Source: Myxococcales bacterium (GTDB lineage Bacteria > Myxococcota_A > Bradymonadia > REDH01). Taken from it: a DNA stretch of 64,000 bases. Both the position numbers and the translations under genes were made by a program. The stretch covers positions 29,046 to 93,045 of the forward strand of contig JACKDJ010000013.1 in assembly GCA_020633625.1 (NCBI GenBank). Reading direction: 5' to 3'. Position 1 is the first letter of the stretch. Every line of letters begins with the position of its first letter. Positions 47,772-56,289 of this stretch are shown here, one piece after another. The notes under the pieces were generated by a model, which was not told the origin of the DNA, ran no database searches, and saw only the letters and a list, made by a program, of their open reading frames with translations.

Positions 47772-49451
47772 GTGCTGATGACGAACGACTGCCAGACCGT
47801 GCGGCGCTCCCGAACCTGCGCCGGTCGCCTCGCCACTCGGTTCGCCGCCGCTGCGGTCGTTCTCCTCGCCGCGTGCGGCGACGACCCGGCGGCGTCCAAC
47901 GATGTCCCCGACCGCGGCGTCCGCGCGGATGCGACCGACGCTGCCGCTGACGTCGACGTCGCCGCCGACCCGGCGACCGACGAATCGACCGACGTCGGCG
48001 CAGATGACGCGACCGATGGCTCGGGTGTCGATGATCCCGCGCCCGACGACGTCGGACCGCCCGACGTCGACGCAGGCGGCGAAGACGCCGCGGATCTTGG
48101 TCCGGCGCGGCCAACCGAGAGCGTCGTCACTCCCGGCGCGGAGTCCGTCGAGACGGCTTTCGGAGGACGCGAGGCCGCGGCCGCGTCCGGTACGATGGCC
48201 GTGGTGTACCCGGTCGATGAGACCCGGATGCCGCGCAACATTCCGCCTGCGACGTTCCAGTGGACCGGCGGCGAGGGCGGCGCCGGCTATAGGCTGCGCA
48301 TCTTCACCTCGCAGCGCGTCTGGGACGTATTCACCACCGACTGGAAGTGGCGACCTACTCAGCTCCAGTGGGAGCGGCTGATCGCGGACTCGCGCGGCGA
48401 GGACCTCGTGATCTCGGTCGCGTCCGTCGACAGATCGGGAGCGATCACGGGCAGCGACGGTGTACGTCTGCGCTTCAGCTCCGCCAGTGTAGACGGCGCC
48501 GTCTACTACTGGACCCCCAGCCAGAGCGGCATCGTGCGCCTCCCTGCCGGCGCCGAGGAGCCCGAACCTTTCCTCTCGGGGACCGTCTTCAACTGCGTCG
48601 GGTGCCACGCGCTGTCGCCCGACGGGAGCCGCCTCGCGTACACCCGGTCGTCGGGCGGCACGCCCGTCGGCACCCTGGGCGTGGTCGGGACCGACGACTC
48701 CCGGACCCAGTATGTTCGCGAGGGGACGCTCGGCCTGTACTACCCGTCGTTCTCGCCCGACAACGTTCGCCTCGCGGCCGGGCGCGGCGGGGAGATCGTC
48801 GTCCTGAACACGGACTCCGGCGAGATCGAGGAGTCTCTGCCGCGCCCGGCGGGGACCAGCGGGAGCTTCCCGAGCTGGTCGCCGGCTGACACTGCGGTGG
48901 TCTTCGCGGCCGGTCCCGCCGGCGTGATGGACAGCCTCGGGGTGTCGAACTCGGGTCTGGCGATCACGCGGCGTGTCGGAGGGCGCTGGGGCGATGCGGA
49001 GTGGCTCGTGGAGCAAGGTGACGCGGGCGGCCTGCCCGAGAGCCTCTTCTACCCGGCGTTCTCTCCGACCGGCCGCTGGATCGTGTTCAACCGGTCGCAG
49101 TCCGGCGCCGCGGTCGGCGGCTCGCCGGCGGACTCGGAGCTGTGGCTCGTGGGCGTGAGCGGCGGCGCTCCGCTCCGGCTCGATGCTGCCAACGGGCCCG
49201 CGGGGACGACGAATTCCTGGCCGCGGTGGGCGCCGGAGAGCGGTGACGGGACGCTGTGGATCGCGTTCACGTCGAACCGGCCCTACGGTCGGCTGGGCGG
49301 GGGCGGCACACCGCAGATCTGGATCGCTGCGGTCGAGCCGACGCGCGCGGCCCCGGGCTTCGACCCGTCGTGGCCCGCGTTCTGGCTCCCCGGCCAGCAG
49401 CTCACAGTGTCGAACCACGTCGCGTACTGGGCGGAGTACGTGAAGGAGTAG
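47772..49451 (+). CDS. lipoprotein with an acidic tether and PD40/TolB-like beta-propeller repeats; single CxxCH motif
   Basis: Lipobox 'VVLLAAC'. Asp-rich tether. Repeated 'LSPDGSRLAY', 'YPSFSPDNVRLA', 'FPSWSPADTAVVF', 'FYPAFSPTGRWIVF', 'WPRWAPESGDGTLWIAF'. 'NCVGCH' at 48594-48608. Confidence 0.65.
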   Translation: MLMTNDCQTVRRSRTCAGRLATRFAAAAVVLLAACGDDPAASNDVPDRGVRADATDAAADVDVAADPATDESTDVGADDATDGSGVDDPAPDDVGPPDVDAGGEDAADLGPARPTESVVTPGAESVETAFGGREAAAASGTMAVVYPVDETRMPRNIPPATFQWTGGEGGAGYRLRIFTSQRVWDVFTTDWKWRPTQLQWERLIADSRGEDLVISVASVDRSGAITGSDGVRLRFSSASVDGAVYYWTPSQSGIVRLPAGAEEPEPFLSGTVFNCVGCHALSPDGSRLAYTRSSGGTPVGTLGVVGTDDSRTQYVREGTLGLYYPSFSPDNVRLAAGRGGEIVVLNTDSGEIEESLPRPAGTSGSFPSWSPADTAVVFAAGPAGVMDSLGVSNSGLAITRRVGGRWGDAEWLVEQGDAGGLPESLFYPAFSPTGRWIVFNRSQSGAAVGGSPADSELWLVGVSGGAPLRLDAANGPAGTTNSWPRWAPESGDGTLWIAFTSNRPYGRLGGGGTPQIWIAAVEPTRAAPGFDPSWPAFWLPGQQLTVSNHVAYWAEYVKE

Positions 49452-49521
49452 GGTGGCGCCGTCGGTCGCCGTTTGGTAGCGTCCGCGGGCATCGTACTGC
49501 AGCTCTGACTCGCGACGCCTC

Positions 49522-50061
49522 ATGCCAATGACTCCCAGCGAGCGCCTCCGTGCTCGGCTCGACCCGACACTGGCGACGGCTGACGCCGAGTGGCTGGCCG
49601 CGCGCATGACGGAGCGACGCGGAAGCGCAGGCGACGTCGTGGTTCGCCGCGGCGAGTGGGGTGACACGCTGACGTTCGTCCTCGACGGAGAGCTCTGCGC
49701 TCGTGTCGATGTCGACGGCGCGCAGCTCGACCTCGCGCGGATCGGACCGGGCCACTGGTTCGGCGAGCTGCAGTTCATCGAGCCCGGGCCGGCCTCCGCC
49801 ACGGTGGTCGCCCTGACCGACTTCGTCGCCCTTCAGACACGCTCCGACGAGATCGACGAGCTCCTCGCCGACCGGCCCCAGGCAGCGGCGGCGCTGATCC
49901 GCGCGCTGCTCGTCGAGATGTGCGAGCGGCTAGCGACCACCAGCGCCGGCGTCCTCGAGCGGACCAGCAGCACCGAGTACAAGATCGCGACCCCGGAGCA
50001 CCGAAAGGGCTGGATGGGCGAGCTGCTCTCCCGACTCTTCGGCGGCGGAGGGCAGCGATGA
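49522..50061 (+). CDS. stand-alone cyclic-nucleotide-binding-domain protein (phosphate-binding Arg replaced)
   Basis: CAP_ED pattern 'GDVVVRRGEWGDTLTFVLDGEL' ... 'WFGELQFIEPGPASATVVA'. The usual R(S/T)A is 'ASA' here. No HTH or other output domain. Confidence 0.7.
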   Translation: MPMTPSERLRARLDPTLATADAEWLAARMTERRGSAGDVVVRRGEWGDTLTFVLDGELCARVDVDGAQLDLARIGPGHWFGELQFIEPGPASATVVALTDFVALQTRSDEIDELLADRPQAAAALIRALLVEMCERLATTSAGVLERTSSTEYKIATPEHRKGWMGELLSRLFGGGGQR

Positions 50062-50564
50062 GAGAGGGAACGCTGCAGGGTCTCGCGCTGTTCGAGGGGT
50101 TCCCGGAGTCGGAGCGCCGCGTGCTCGAGGCGGTGTTCGTCGAGCAGCGCGCGCCCCGCGGGCACATCTTCATCCGCGAGGGCGAGCTCGCCCGCGCGTC
50201 GACCAGCGCCGTCTACCTCGTCCTCGAGGGCGAGGTGATCGTGACGCGGTCCCACAAGGACGGCAGTCTGGCGACCACCGCGTTCGTTCGCCCCGGCGAG
50301 CTGTTCGGCATCATCGGTCTCGCGACCGACATGCCGCGCGCCGCCACGTGCATGGCGCTTGGCGACGTCAACGTCGCGTCGTTGGCGAGGCCAACGTTTC
50401 AGCACCTGCGAAGTCAGCACACCCGCCTCGCGGCGCGCTTCGAGCTGATGCTCGCCCGCCAGGTGGTGCGTGATCTGCGGGGCCTGACCGGCGGGATCGT
50501 CGACGCGTTTCGGCGCGGCCACACGGCGGCGTTCGAGACGATCCACGGCGGCGACGACGACTGA
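50058..50564 (+). CDS. stand-alone cyclic-nucleotide-binding-domain protein
   Basis: ATGA overlap with the upstream paralogue. 'LALFEGFPESERRVLEAVF', 'IFIREGE', 'LFGIIGLATDMPRAATCMA' (Arg retained). Confidence 0.75.
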   Translation: MREGTLQGLALFEGFPESERRVLEAVFVEQRAPRGHIFIREGELARASTSAVYLVLEGEVIVTRSHKDGSLATTAFVRPGELFGIIGLATDMPRAATCMALGDVNVASLARPTFQHLRSQHTRLAARFELMLARQVVRDLRGLTGGIVDAFRRGHTAAFETIHGGDDD

Positions 50565-50609
50565 CTCTCGTGGCCGGTAGCGCACGCTGTCTGGCGCGCT
50601 CAGCGGCGC

Positions 50610-53144
50610 TCAGTCCGCGCCGGCCTCCAAGATCAGACCGTACGCGCGCGCCAGCCAGTATGGCGCGAGCACGTCGGCTCCGTCCATCTCGACCCAGCCG
50701 TCGAAACCGCCATCTCGCTTGAACTGGTTCGTGTTCCAGCGGTCGCACGCGCGCTCGTCGTACGGGATGATGCGCCCGTCGCGACGAACGTAGCCGCTGA
50801 ACTGATAGAACCCCGGGGCGGTCACGAGGTCTCTGCGGTCGCTGTTCGCGACGCGCCACCGCACCATGTCCACGGGCGCACGACGTAGCCAGCGCAGCGT
50901 GTTCGTCATGTCGACGTCGGGGCCGCCAACGAGCGCGTTGGCAACATCCCACCATGCGCCCTGCTGCAGCGCGAGGTGCTGACGCGTGAGCGCCCAGCCG
51001 TCGAGCCATCTCGCGCGGAGCACGGGGTCCGTCTCATATCTGAGCAGGGCGAACCAGCCGTAGGTGCCGAGCTCGTCGGCGTCCCCGTTGCCACGCCGCC
51101 CGGGGTACGTCGCCTCGCGCACGAGATTGTCTCCGTATCCGAACTCCTCGATGAGCTCGCGCTTCGCGTCGAGATAGCGCGGGTCCGACGTCAGGTAGTA
51201 GGCGATGTTCAGCGAGCCGATCATCTCCACGCTACGGACGCCTCCGTCGCCGTATCGGCCGCTGAGGCTGTCGTTGACGTAGGCCGGATCGAACTGGCCG
51301 TACGTGGTGACGAGGCCGTCCAGGTCGAGGAGCTGATAGCCGTTGTCGACGATGCCCCCGACGATCGCGTCGATGTGGTGAGCGATTCGCTCCTTCTGCT
51401 CCGGCGTCGCGCAGAGGTCGTACGCCGGCCCCATCATGAAGATGTGGGCGGCAACCTCGTCGTTCGACGTGTCTGCCTTGACCCAGAAGTCTTCGTCTGG
51501 CGACAGGAACCAATGGCCGTCGTCGGGGTCGTCGCAGTCGTCGAGTTGGCAGCCCTCGCGGCGGATCACGGCCCGAGCGAGGAACCAGGTCGTGCCGGTG
51601 AGATCGTGGAGTCGGAGCATCGCCTCCAGCGCCTCGTCGAAGTTCGCCCGCGCGCCGGCGTCGCCGGTCACGCGCCAGCGCGCGCACTCGGCGAGCAGCC
51701 AATACGAGGTCCAGCCGCCGTCGTTGTCGGAATCCCACGGGATGTTCGACGTAACGTCACCACGTCGGACCAGGTGTGAGTCCGCCACGGCGCCTTCTCG
51801 GTTGTGCCGCGCGAGGACGCGGTCGACGAAGGGGCCCAGCTTCTGCTCGAGCGTCTCGTAGCGCGCCGTGACGGTCGCGAGTCCTCCCGACGTCGCGAAC
51901 CAGACCGGCGCCGTCTCGTCACCGCGTCCGACGGCGACGCCCCGCACGTCGTCGCCCGGGAGCCAGCGCTCTGCGCGGTACAGGTGCCACTCCGGCCCGT
52001 CCCAGTCGATCACACGCTGCGCGCCGCGCGGTGTTGCGATGATGAACCCGCCGTCATTCGTACGTACTGCGGCCTGGTAGGGGCCGGCGAGTGGCACGAA
52101 GTCATCGGCGAACAGCGGCTCCGACGCGAGCGCGCCACCGCGAACCGCCACGACCCGATCGGACTGAACGACGACCGCGTCGTACGGGCCGACCAGCTCG
52201 ACATGGGGAACGATGCCGACGAGCGCGCCGCCCGCGGCGTCGAGCGTCACTCGCCAGCGCTCGTCGCCCAACGATGGGTCGCCCGGGCGCCAGCTGACCG
52301 CACGAACCTCGAGGCCCTGCGCGATCCACACCTCGTCGCCATACGCAGAGACCGCCTCGGTTGCCCCGTCGAACAGCGGCGTCGAGGTCGCGCCCGTGAC
52401 CCAGCGAGCTCCCGCTGCGCCGAACGCGATCACGCCGCCGTCTGCTGCAGCGAGCCCAGCCAACGGGAAGTCCGCGCCGAGATCGACGGCGTCCGCGGCG
52501 TCGCCATCCAGGCGCCAGACGGAGTCGCGCGACGCTACGTACGCGGCGTCACCGTCGCTGGATGCCCAGGCGAGCGAGGCGGCTCCCTCGTCGAGCGCCA
52601 GGAGGGGCGTTGGGGTGCCGCCGTCGACCCTGAACACGGCGCGGGGCGTGACTTGGAGCGCGTCGCCGTCGCGCGCTTCGACGACGGCGACCAGCTCACC
52701 AATGCCGGCGACGACCTCTGGGGTCGTGTGGTTGTACTCCTGCAGGTAGGGTTCATCGACGACCGGCGCGGCGAACGGTGGCGGCTCGTTGGGAGGCGCG
52801 AGTGGGGTCACTTCGGCATCGGACTCCGCGTCGTCGCCGGTGTCGTCCGTGTCTCCGTCCGTCTCCGCGTCTCCGCCGCCACCGTCGAGATCCCGCGATG
52901 GATCGTCGCCGCTGTCGGCGTCGGTGGTGTCATCGCCTCCGTCGGTCACTGCGTCCCCGGTGACGTCGCCAGGATCCGCGCCGACGTCCGCGACGTCTCC
53001 GGTCGAGTCGCCGCCGGGGTCGTCACCGCAGCCGCCGCTCGCGCTGATGGCGATTGAGAGCGCCGCAGCGAGGCGGGCGCGGACGATGAGAGGTGTGGAC
53101 AGGCACGGAGGGACAGCAGGACGGTGTGACGCCGACATCGACAT
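50610..53144 (-). CDS. large lipoprotein: acidic tether, beta-propeller-like region and a C-terminal helical (alpha/alpha-toroid-like) domain; function unknown
   Basis: Lipobox 'AISASGGC' followed by 'GDDPGGDSTGDVADVGADPGD...'. The middle has Reg_prop-like 'APVWFATSGGLATV'. The C-terminal 'WDSDNDGGWTSYWLLAECARW' helical repeats are suggestive of a glycan-active fold (weak). Start at ATG 53144 or 53138. Confidence 0.55.
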   Translation of the reverse strand: MSMSASHRPAVPPCLSTPLIVRARLAAALSIAISASGGCGDDPGGDSTGDVADVGADPGDVTGDAVTDGGDDTTDADSGDDPSRDLDGGGGDAETDGDTDDTGDDAESDAEVTPLAPPNEPPPFAAPVVDEPYLQEYNHTTPEVVAGIGELVAVVEARDGDALQVTPRAVFRVDGGTPTPLLALDEGAASLAWASSDGDAAYVASRDSVWRLDGDAADAVDLGADFPLAGLAAADGGVIAFGAAGARWVTGATSTPLFDGATEAVSAYGDEVWIAQGLEVRAVSWRPGDPSLGDERWRVTLDAAGGALVGIVPHVELVGPYDAVVVQSDRVVAVRGGALASEPLFADDFVPLAGPYQAAVRTNDGGFIIATPRGAQRVIDWDGPEWHLYRAERWLPGDDVRGVAVGRGDETAPVWFATSGGLATVTARYETLEQKLGPFVDRVLARHNREGAVADSHLVRRGDVTSNIPWDSDNDGGWTSYWLLAECARWRVTGDAGARANFDEALEAMLRLHDLTGTTWFLARAVIRREGCQLDDCDDPDDGHWFLSPDEDFWVKADTSNDEVAAHIFMMGPAYDLCATPEQKERIAHHIDAIVGGIVDNGYQLLDLDGLVTTYGQFDPAYVNDSLSGRYGDGGVRSVEMIGSLNIAYYLTSDPRYLDAKRELIEEFGYGDNLVREATYPGRRGNGDADELGTYGWFALLRYETDPVLRARWLDGWALTRQHLALQQGAWWDVANALVGGPDVDMTNTLRWLRRAPVDMVRWRVANSDRRDLVTAPGFYQFSGYVRRDGRIIPYDERACDRWNTNQFKRDGGFDGWVEMDGADVLAPYWLARAYGLILEAGAD

Positions 53145-53260
53145 GCGCGGGGTGCGGGGGGCCTCAGAGTAGCACGACTCGCGCACGGGAACTGCCTTGA
53201 CAGTGGGGGGCGCCTCACGGACCGTGGGGCATCACGCACACGCACCTACCGAGGAGAGCG

Positions 53261-54907
53261 ATGTCGATTCGGACGTTCCGAGAGGCCGGCGGCTTGTTGC
53301 TGGTGGCGATGCTCGCGCTGTCGACGCCGACGTCGGCGTTCGCGCAGGCTCCGGCAGCAGCACAGTCGGACGAGCAAGCCGCGCCGGCTGGGTCCGGGGC
53401 TGCCGAAGGCGTAGAAGCGGCGGCCGCGGAGGCGGCGGACCCGGGGGCGCCGGTGGCTGGCGAGGAGGCGACTGCCGCTCGGATCGACGCGCTGTTCGGG
53501 AAGGGTGTCAGCGCTCTTGCAGCCGTCCTCTTCTGGGAGATCCCGGTCGGCGACGTGGGAGTCCCGTTCGTCGTGGCGTGGCTGTTCATCGGCGCCATCT
53601 TCCTGACCCTGCGCCTGAAGTTCGTGAGCATCCGTGGCTTTCGACACGCGATCGACGTGCTGCGCGGGGTGTACGACGACCCCAACGATGCCGGCGAGGT
53701 GACGCATTTTCAGGCTCTGGCCAGCGCCCTGAGCGCAACGGTCGGGCTCGGGAACATCGCGGGGGTGGCGCTGGCCGTGAAGATCGGCGGAGCGGGGGCA
53801 GTGTTCTGGATGCTCGTCGCGGCGTTCTTCGGGATGACCGCGAAGTTCGCGGAGTGCACGCTCGGCCAGAAGTATCGACTCGTCGACGCCCAGGGCAGGG
53901 TGCTCGGCGGTCCCATGCGCTACCTGAAGGCGGGACTCGCCGAGAAGCGCCTCGGCGCGCTCGGCAGCGTCCTCGCGTTCGTCTTCGCGGTGTTCTGCAT
54001 CGGCGGGTCGTTTGGTGGCGGGAACATGTTCCAGGCGAACCAGGCGTGCAGCGCGATCTCCGCCGGGCTGTCCGACAACTTCGGCGTCGAGCTGGACCCT
54101 CGCCTGTTCGGCCTGGCGCTCGTCGTCGCCGTTGGCGCGGTCATCCTCGGCGGGTTCACGCGGATCGCGAAGACGGCAGAGCGGATAGTTCCGCTGATGT
54201 GCGGGATGTACGTGCTCGCAGCCGGGTTCATCGTCATCACGAACCTGCAGTCGCTTCCGGCGGCGCTCGGGCACATCTTCCACGATGCCTTTAACCCCGC
54301 CTCGGTCGAGGGCGGCGCGCTCGGCGCGCTGCTGGTCGGGGTGCGGCGGGCCGCGTTCAGCAACGAGGCGGGCATCGGCTCGGCAGCGATCGCACACTCG
54401 GCAGCCAAGACCCACGAGCCGGTTCGCGAGGGCATGGTGGCTCTGCTCGAGCCGTTCATCGACACGATCATCGTCTGTTTGGCGACAGCCCTCGTCATCG
54501 TGGTGTCGGGCGTCGCGGCCGATCCCGCGAACGCGGACCTCGACGGCGCCGTGCTGACGATGCGCGCGTTCGAGCAGACGATCAGCTGGTTCCCGCTGGT
54601 GCTGACGACGGCGATCGTCCTGTTCGCCTATTCCACGATGATCTCGTGGAGCTACTACGGCGAGCGCTGCTGGACGCTGCTGTTTGGCGCGCGAAGCTCG
54701 ACGGTGTACCGCGTCGTGTTCCTCGTGTTCGTCTACATCGGCTCCGTCTCGAAGCTCAGCAACGTCCTCGACTTCTCGGATCTGATGATCCTGTCGATGG
54801 CGGTGCCGAACATCCTCGGCCTGTACATCCTCTCGAACGACCTGGCGCGCGACACGGAGAGCTATGTCTCGCGGCTCCGCGACGGTGGGTTCAAGCGGTT
54901 CAAGTAG
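53261..54907 (+). CDS. alanine/glycine:cation symporter (AGCS family) with an N-terminal signal-peptide-like extension
   Basis: 'FQALASALSATVGLGNIAGVALAVKIGGAGAVFWM', 'GRVLGGPMRYL', 'RAAFSNEAGIGSAAIAHSAAKT', and polytopic throughout. GAGGAG precedes the ATG. Confidence 0.92.
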   Translation: MSIRTFREAGGLLLVAMLALSTPTSAFAQAPAAAQSDEQAAPAGSGAAEGVEAAAAEAADPGAPVAGEEATAARIDALFGKGVSALAAVLFWEIPVGDVGVPFVVAWLFIGAIFLTLRLKFVSIRGFRHAIDVLRGVYDDPNDAGEVTHFQALASALSATVGLGNIAGVALAVKIGGAGAVFWMLVAAFFGMTAKFAECTLGQKYRLVDAQGRVLGGPMRYLKAGLAEKRLGALGSVLAFVFAVFCIGGSFGGGNMFQANQACSAISAGLSDNFGVELDPRLFGLALVVAVGAVILGGFTRIAKTAERIVPLMCGMYVLAAGFIVITNLQSLPAALGHIFHDAFNPASVEGGALGALLVGVRRAAFSNEAGIGSAAIAHSAAKTHEPVREGMVALLEPFIDTIIVCLATALVIVVSGVAADPANADLDGAVLTMRAFEQTISWFPLVLTTAIVLFAYSTMISWSYYGERCWTLLFGARSSTVYRVVFLVFVYIGSVSKLSNVLDFSDLMILSMAVPNILGLYILSNDLARDTESYVSRLRDGGFKRFK

Positions 54908-54911
54908 CCCC

Positions 54912-55445
54912 TCAGCGCAGGGCGTTCCGGTCACGAATTGCCGAGAGCCGGAGCGCGACCACGAACGCCGCGGCAGGATCCGGCGTTGGGGCGAGGCGGG
55001 GGACCCAACCGAGCTCGACGCCGCCGGACCACGACCGCCGCCGCCGGTAGTCGACGCCCAACGACACCCGCGTGGCGAGCTGCGGGTGCGGTGCCGCAGG
55101 TCCTCCGAACCACACGCCCGGCATTACGGTCACGAAGGGGACGAAGCTCACGACGTCTGCGCTGAGCGCGGGCCCGGCGAACAGGCCGCCGAACGCGAAC
55201 TTGTCAGCGCCGAAGTGTGTCCCTCCGCCCGCATGGACCCCGAGCGAGAGCCCGTGGGCGAGTCCGAGGGAGGCACCGGCCTCCGCGCCGGCGCCGAGAT
55301 CTCCGTGAAGGACGGTGAGCGCCGGGCCTACGGAGAGCTGAAGCTCGTCCTGGCCTGCCTGGGCATACGCCGAGGGCGGGGGGATGAGCAGTGCGGCTCC
55401 GAGGGCGGCGAGGGCGGAGCGTCGGCTTGACAGGCGAAATCGCAT
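54912..55445 (-). CDS. putative small outer-membrane beta-barrel protein
   Basis: ATG 55445 gives the signal peptide 'MRFRLSSRRSALAALGAALLIPPPSAYAQ'. The body is Gly/Ala-rich with alternating-hydrophobicity strands ('LQLSVGPALTVLHGDLG', 'VSLGVDYRRR', 'GGVELGWV'). No family motif recognised. Confidence 0.4.
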   Translation of the reverse strand: MRFRLSSRRSALAALGAALLIPPPSAYAQAGQDELQLSVGPALTVLHGDLGAGAEAGASLGLAHGLSLGVHAGGGTHFGADKFAFGGLFAGPALSADVVSFVPFVTVMPGVWFGGPAAPHPQLATRVSLGVDYRRRRSWSGGVELGWVPRLAPTPDPAAAFVVALRLSAIRDRNALR

Positions 55446-55509
55446 GAGTTTATAGGGCCGCTCGCCCGCGGGAGCGCTCGTGGGCGGAGCCTGAAGTGGC
55501 CGAGGCAGC

Positions 55510-56289
55510 GTGGCAATCAAGATCAAGAAGCGGAACCCGGCGCGCGACGTCGAGCCGGGCGAGAATGCTGATTCGGAGCCGGTTGTCGAGCCAGAGGTCG
55601 ATCAGGTCCTCGCGGTCTCGCAAGACAGCTTCGGCTGGCTATCGGAGAACTGGCAGAAGGTCGTCGCTGGGATCGCCGTCGTCGTAGTGGGGATCGGGGT
55701 GGGGTCGACGCTCCGGGCCGGCTCGGTGGCGTCTCGCGCAGAGGCGGCGCAGCCCGCGCTGCGGGCGATCGCGACGACGGTCGCGGCGGTGGGCAACGAG
55801 GCGCCCTATGCGACTGGCGCAGACCGGGCGGCGGCGATCGTCGCGGCCGCCGACGAGATCGGCGATGGGCCGGTGGCGTCGGCGTTGAGCGGAGTCGGGA
55901 AACTGGCGCAGGACGACGCCAGCGGTGCTGTCGCCGGGCTGGACGCGTTCGTACAGCAGTTCGCCGACGCGCCCGAGTCGCTCGCAGCGTCGTTCGGCCT
56001 CGCGGCGGCTCAGGCGCAGGCGGGTCAGCTGGACGCAGCTCGCGCGACGCTCGACAGCGTGGGTGAGCGGGACGAGGCGCTGGCCGTGGTCGCGGCGACG
56101 CAAGGGGCTCGGCTCGTCGACGCGTTCGGCACGCCCGAGCAGGCGCTGGCAGCGTACCGCGAGGTCGTCGCAGCGCACGGCGACGCGCCCGGGCGCGCGG
56201 CGCTCGACAACCGCATCACACAGATCGAGATCCAGCTCGGGGTCGCCGCCGCGCCGGCGCCGGACGAAGGCTCCGCGCCGACCGAGTGA
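55510..56289 (+). CDS. YfgM-like membrane-anchored TPR-like protein
   Basis: Acidic N-terminus, one TM ('KVVAGIAVVVVGIGVG'), then an Ala-rich helical periplasmic domain. It lies directly upstream of a BamB-like gene, mirroring yfgM-bamB in E. coli. Confidence 0.5.
   Translation: MAIKIKKRNPARDVEPGENADSEPVVEPEVDQVLAVSQDSFGWLSENWQKVVAGIAVVVVGIGVGSTLRAGSVASRAEAAQPALRAIATTVAAVGNEAPYATGADRAAAIVAAADEIGDGPVASALSGVGKLAQDDASGAVAGLDAFVQQFADAPESLAASFGLAAAQAQAGQLDAARATLDSVGERDEALAVVAATQGARLVDAFGTPEQALAAYREVVAAHGDAPGRAALDNRITQIEIQLGVAAAPAPDEGSAPTE

Noticed and set aside
53145-53260. A possible glycine riboswitch upstream of the alanine/glycine:cation symporter. AGCS genes are frequent glycine-riboswitch targets, and 'ggaccgtggggcat' faintly resembles the ACCGAAGGGGCAA core.
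   Set aside because: The region is only ~115 nt. It lacks the CUCUGGAGAG P1 segment and the CUCAGGCAAAAGGAC element, and I cannot draw the P1-P3 helices. A covariance-model scan (Rfam RF00504) would settle it.
5745-54934. Other long antisense or alternative-frame ORFs: 5745-7322, 9904-11508, 13957-15837, 22004-23902, 24 kb region, 35094-37328, 39920-41290, 47670-49802, 53246-54934, 57463-58962.
   Set aside because: Each overlaps a gene with strong family motifs on the other strand or frame. Their products are Arg/Pro/Gly-rich without motifs, which is typical shadow-ORF behaviour in high-GC DNA.
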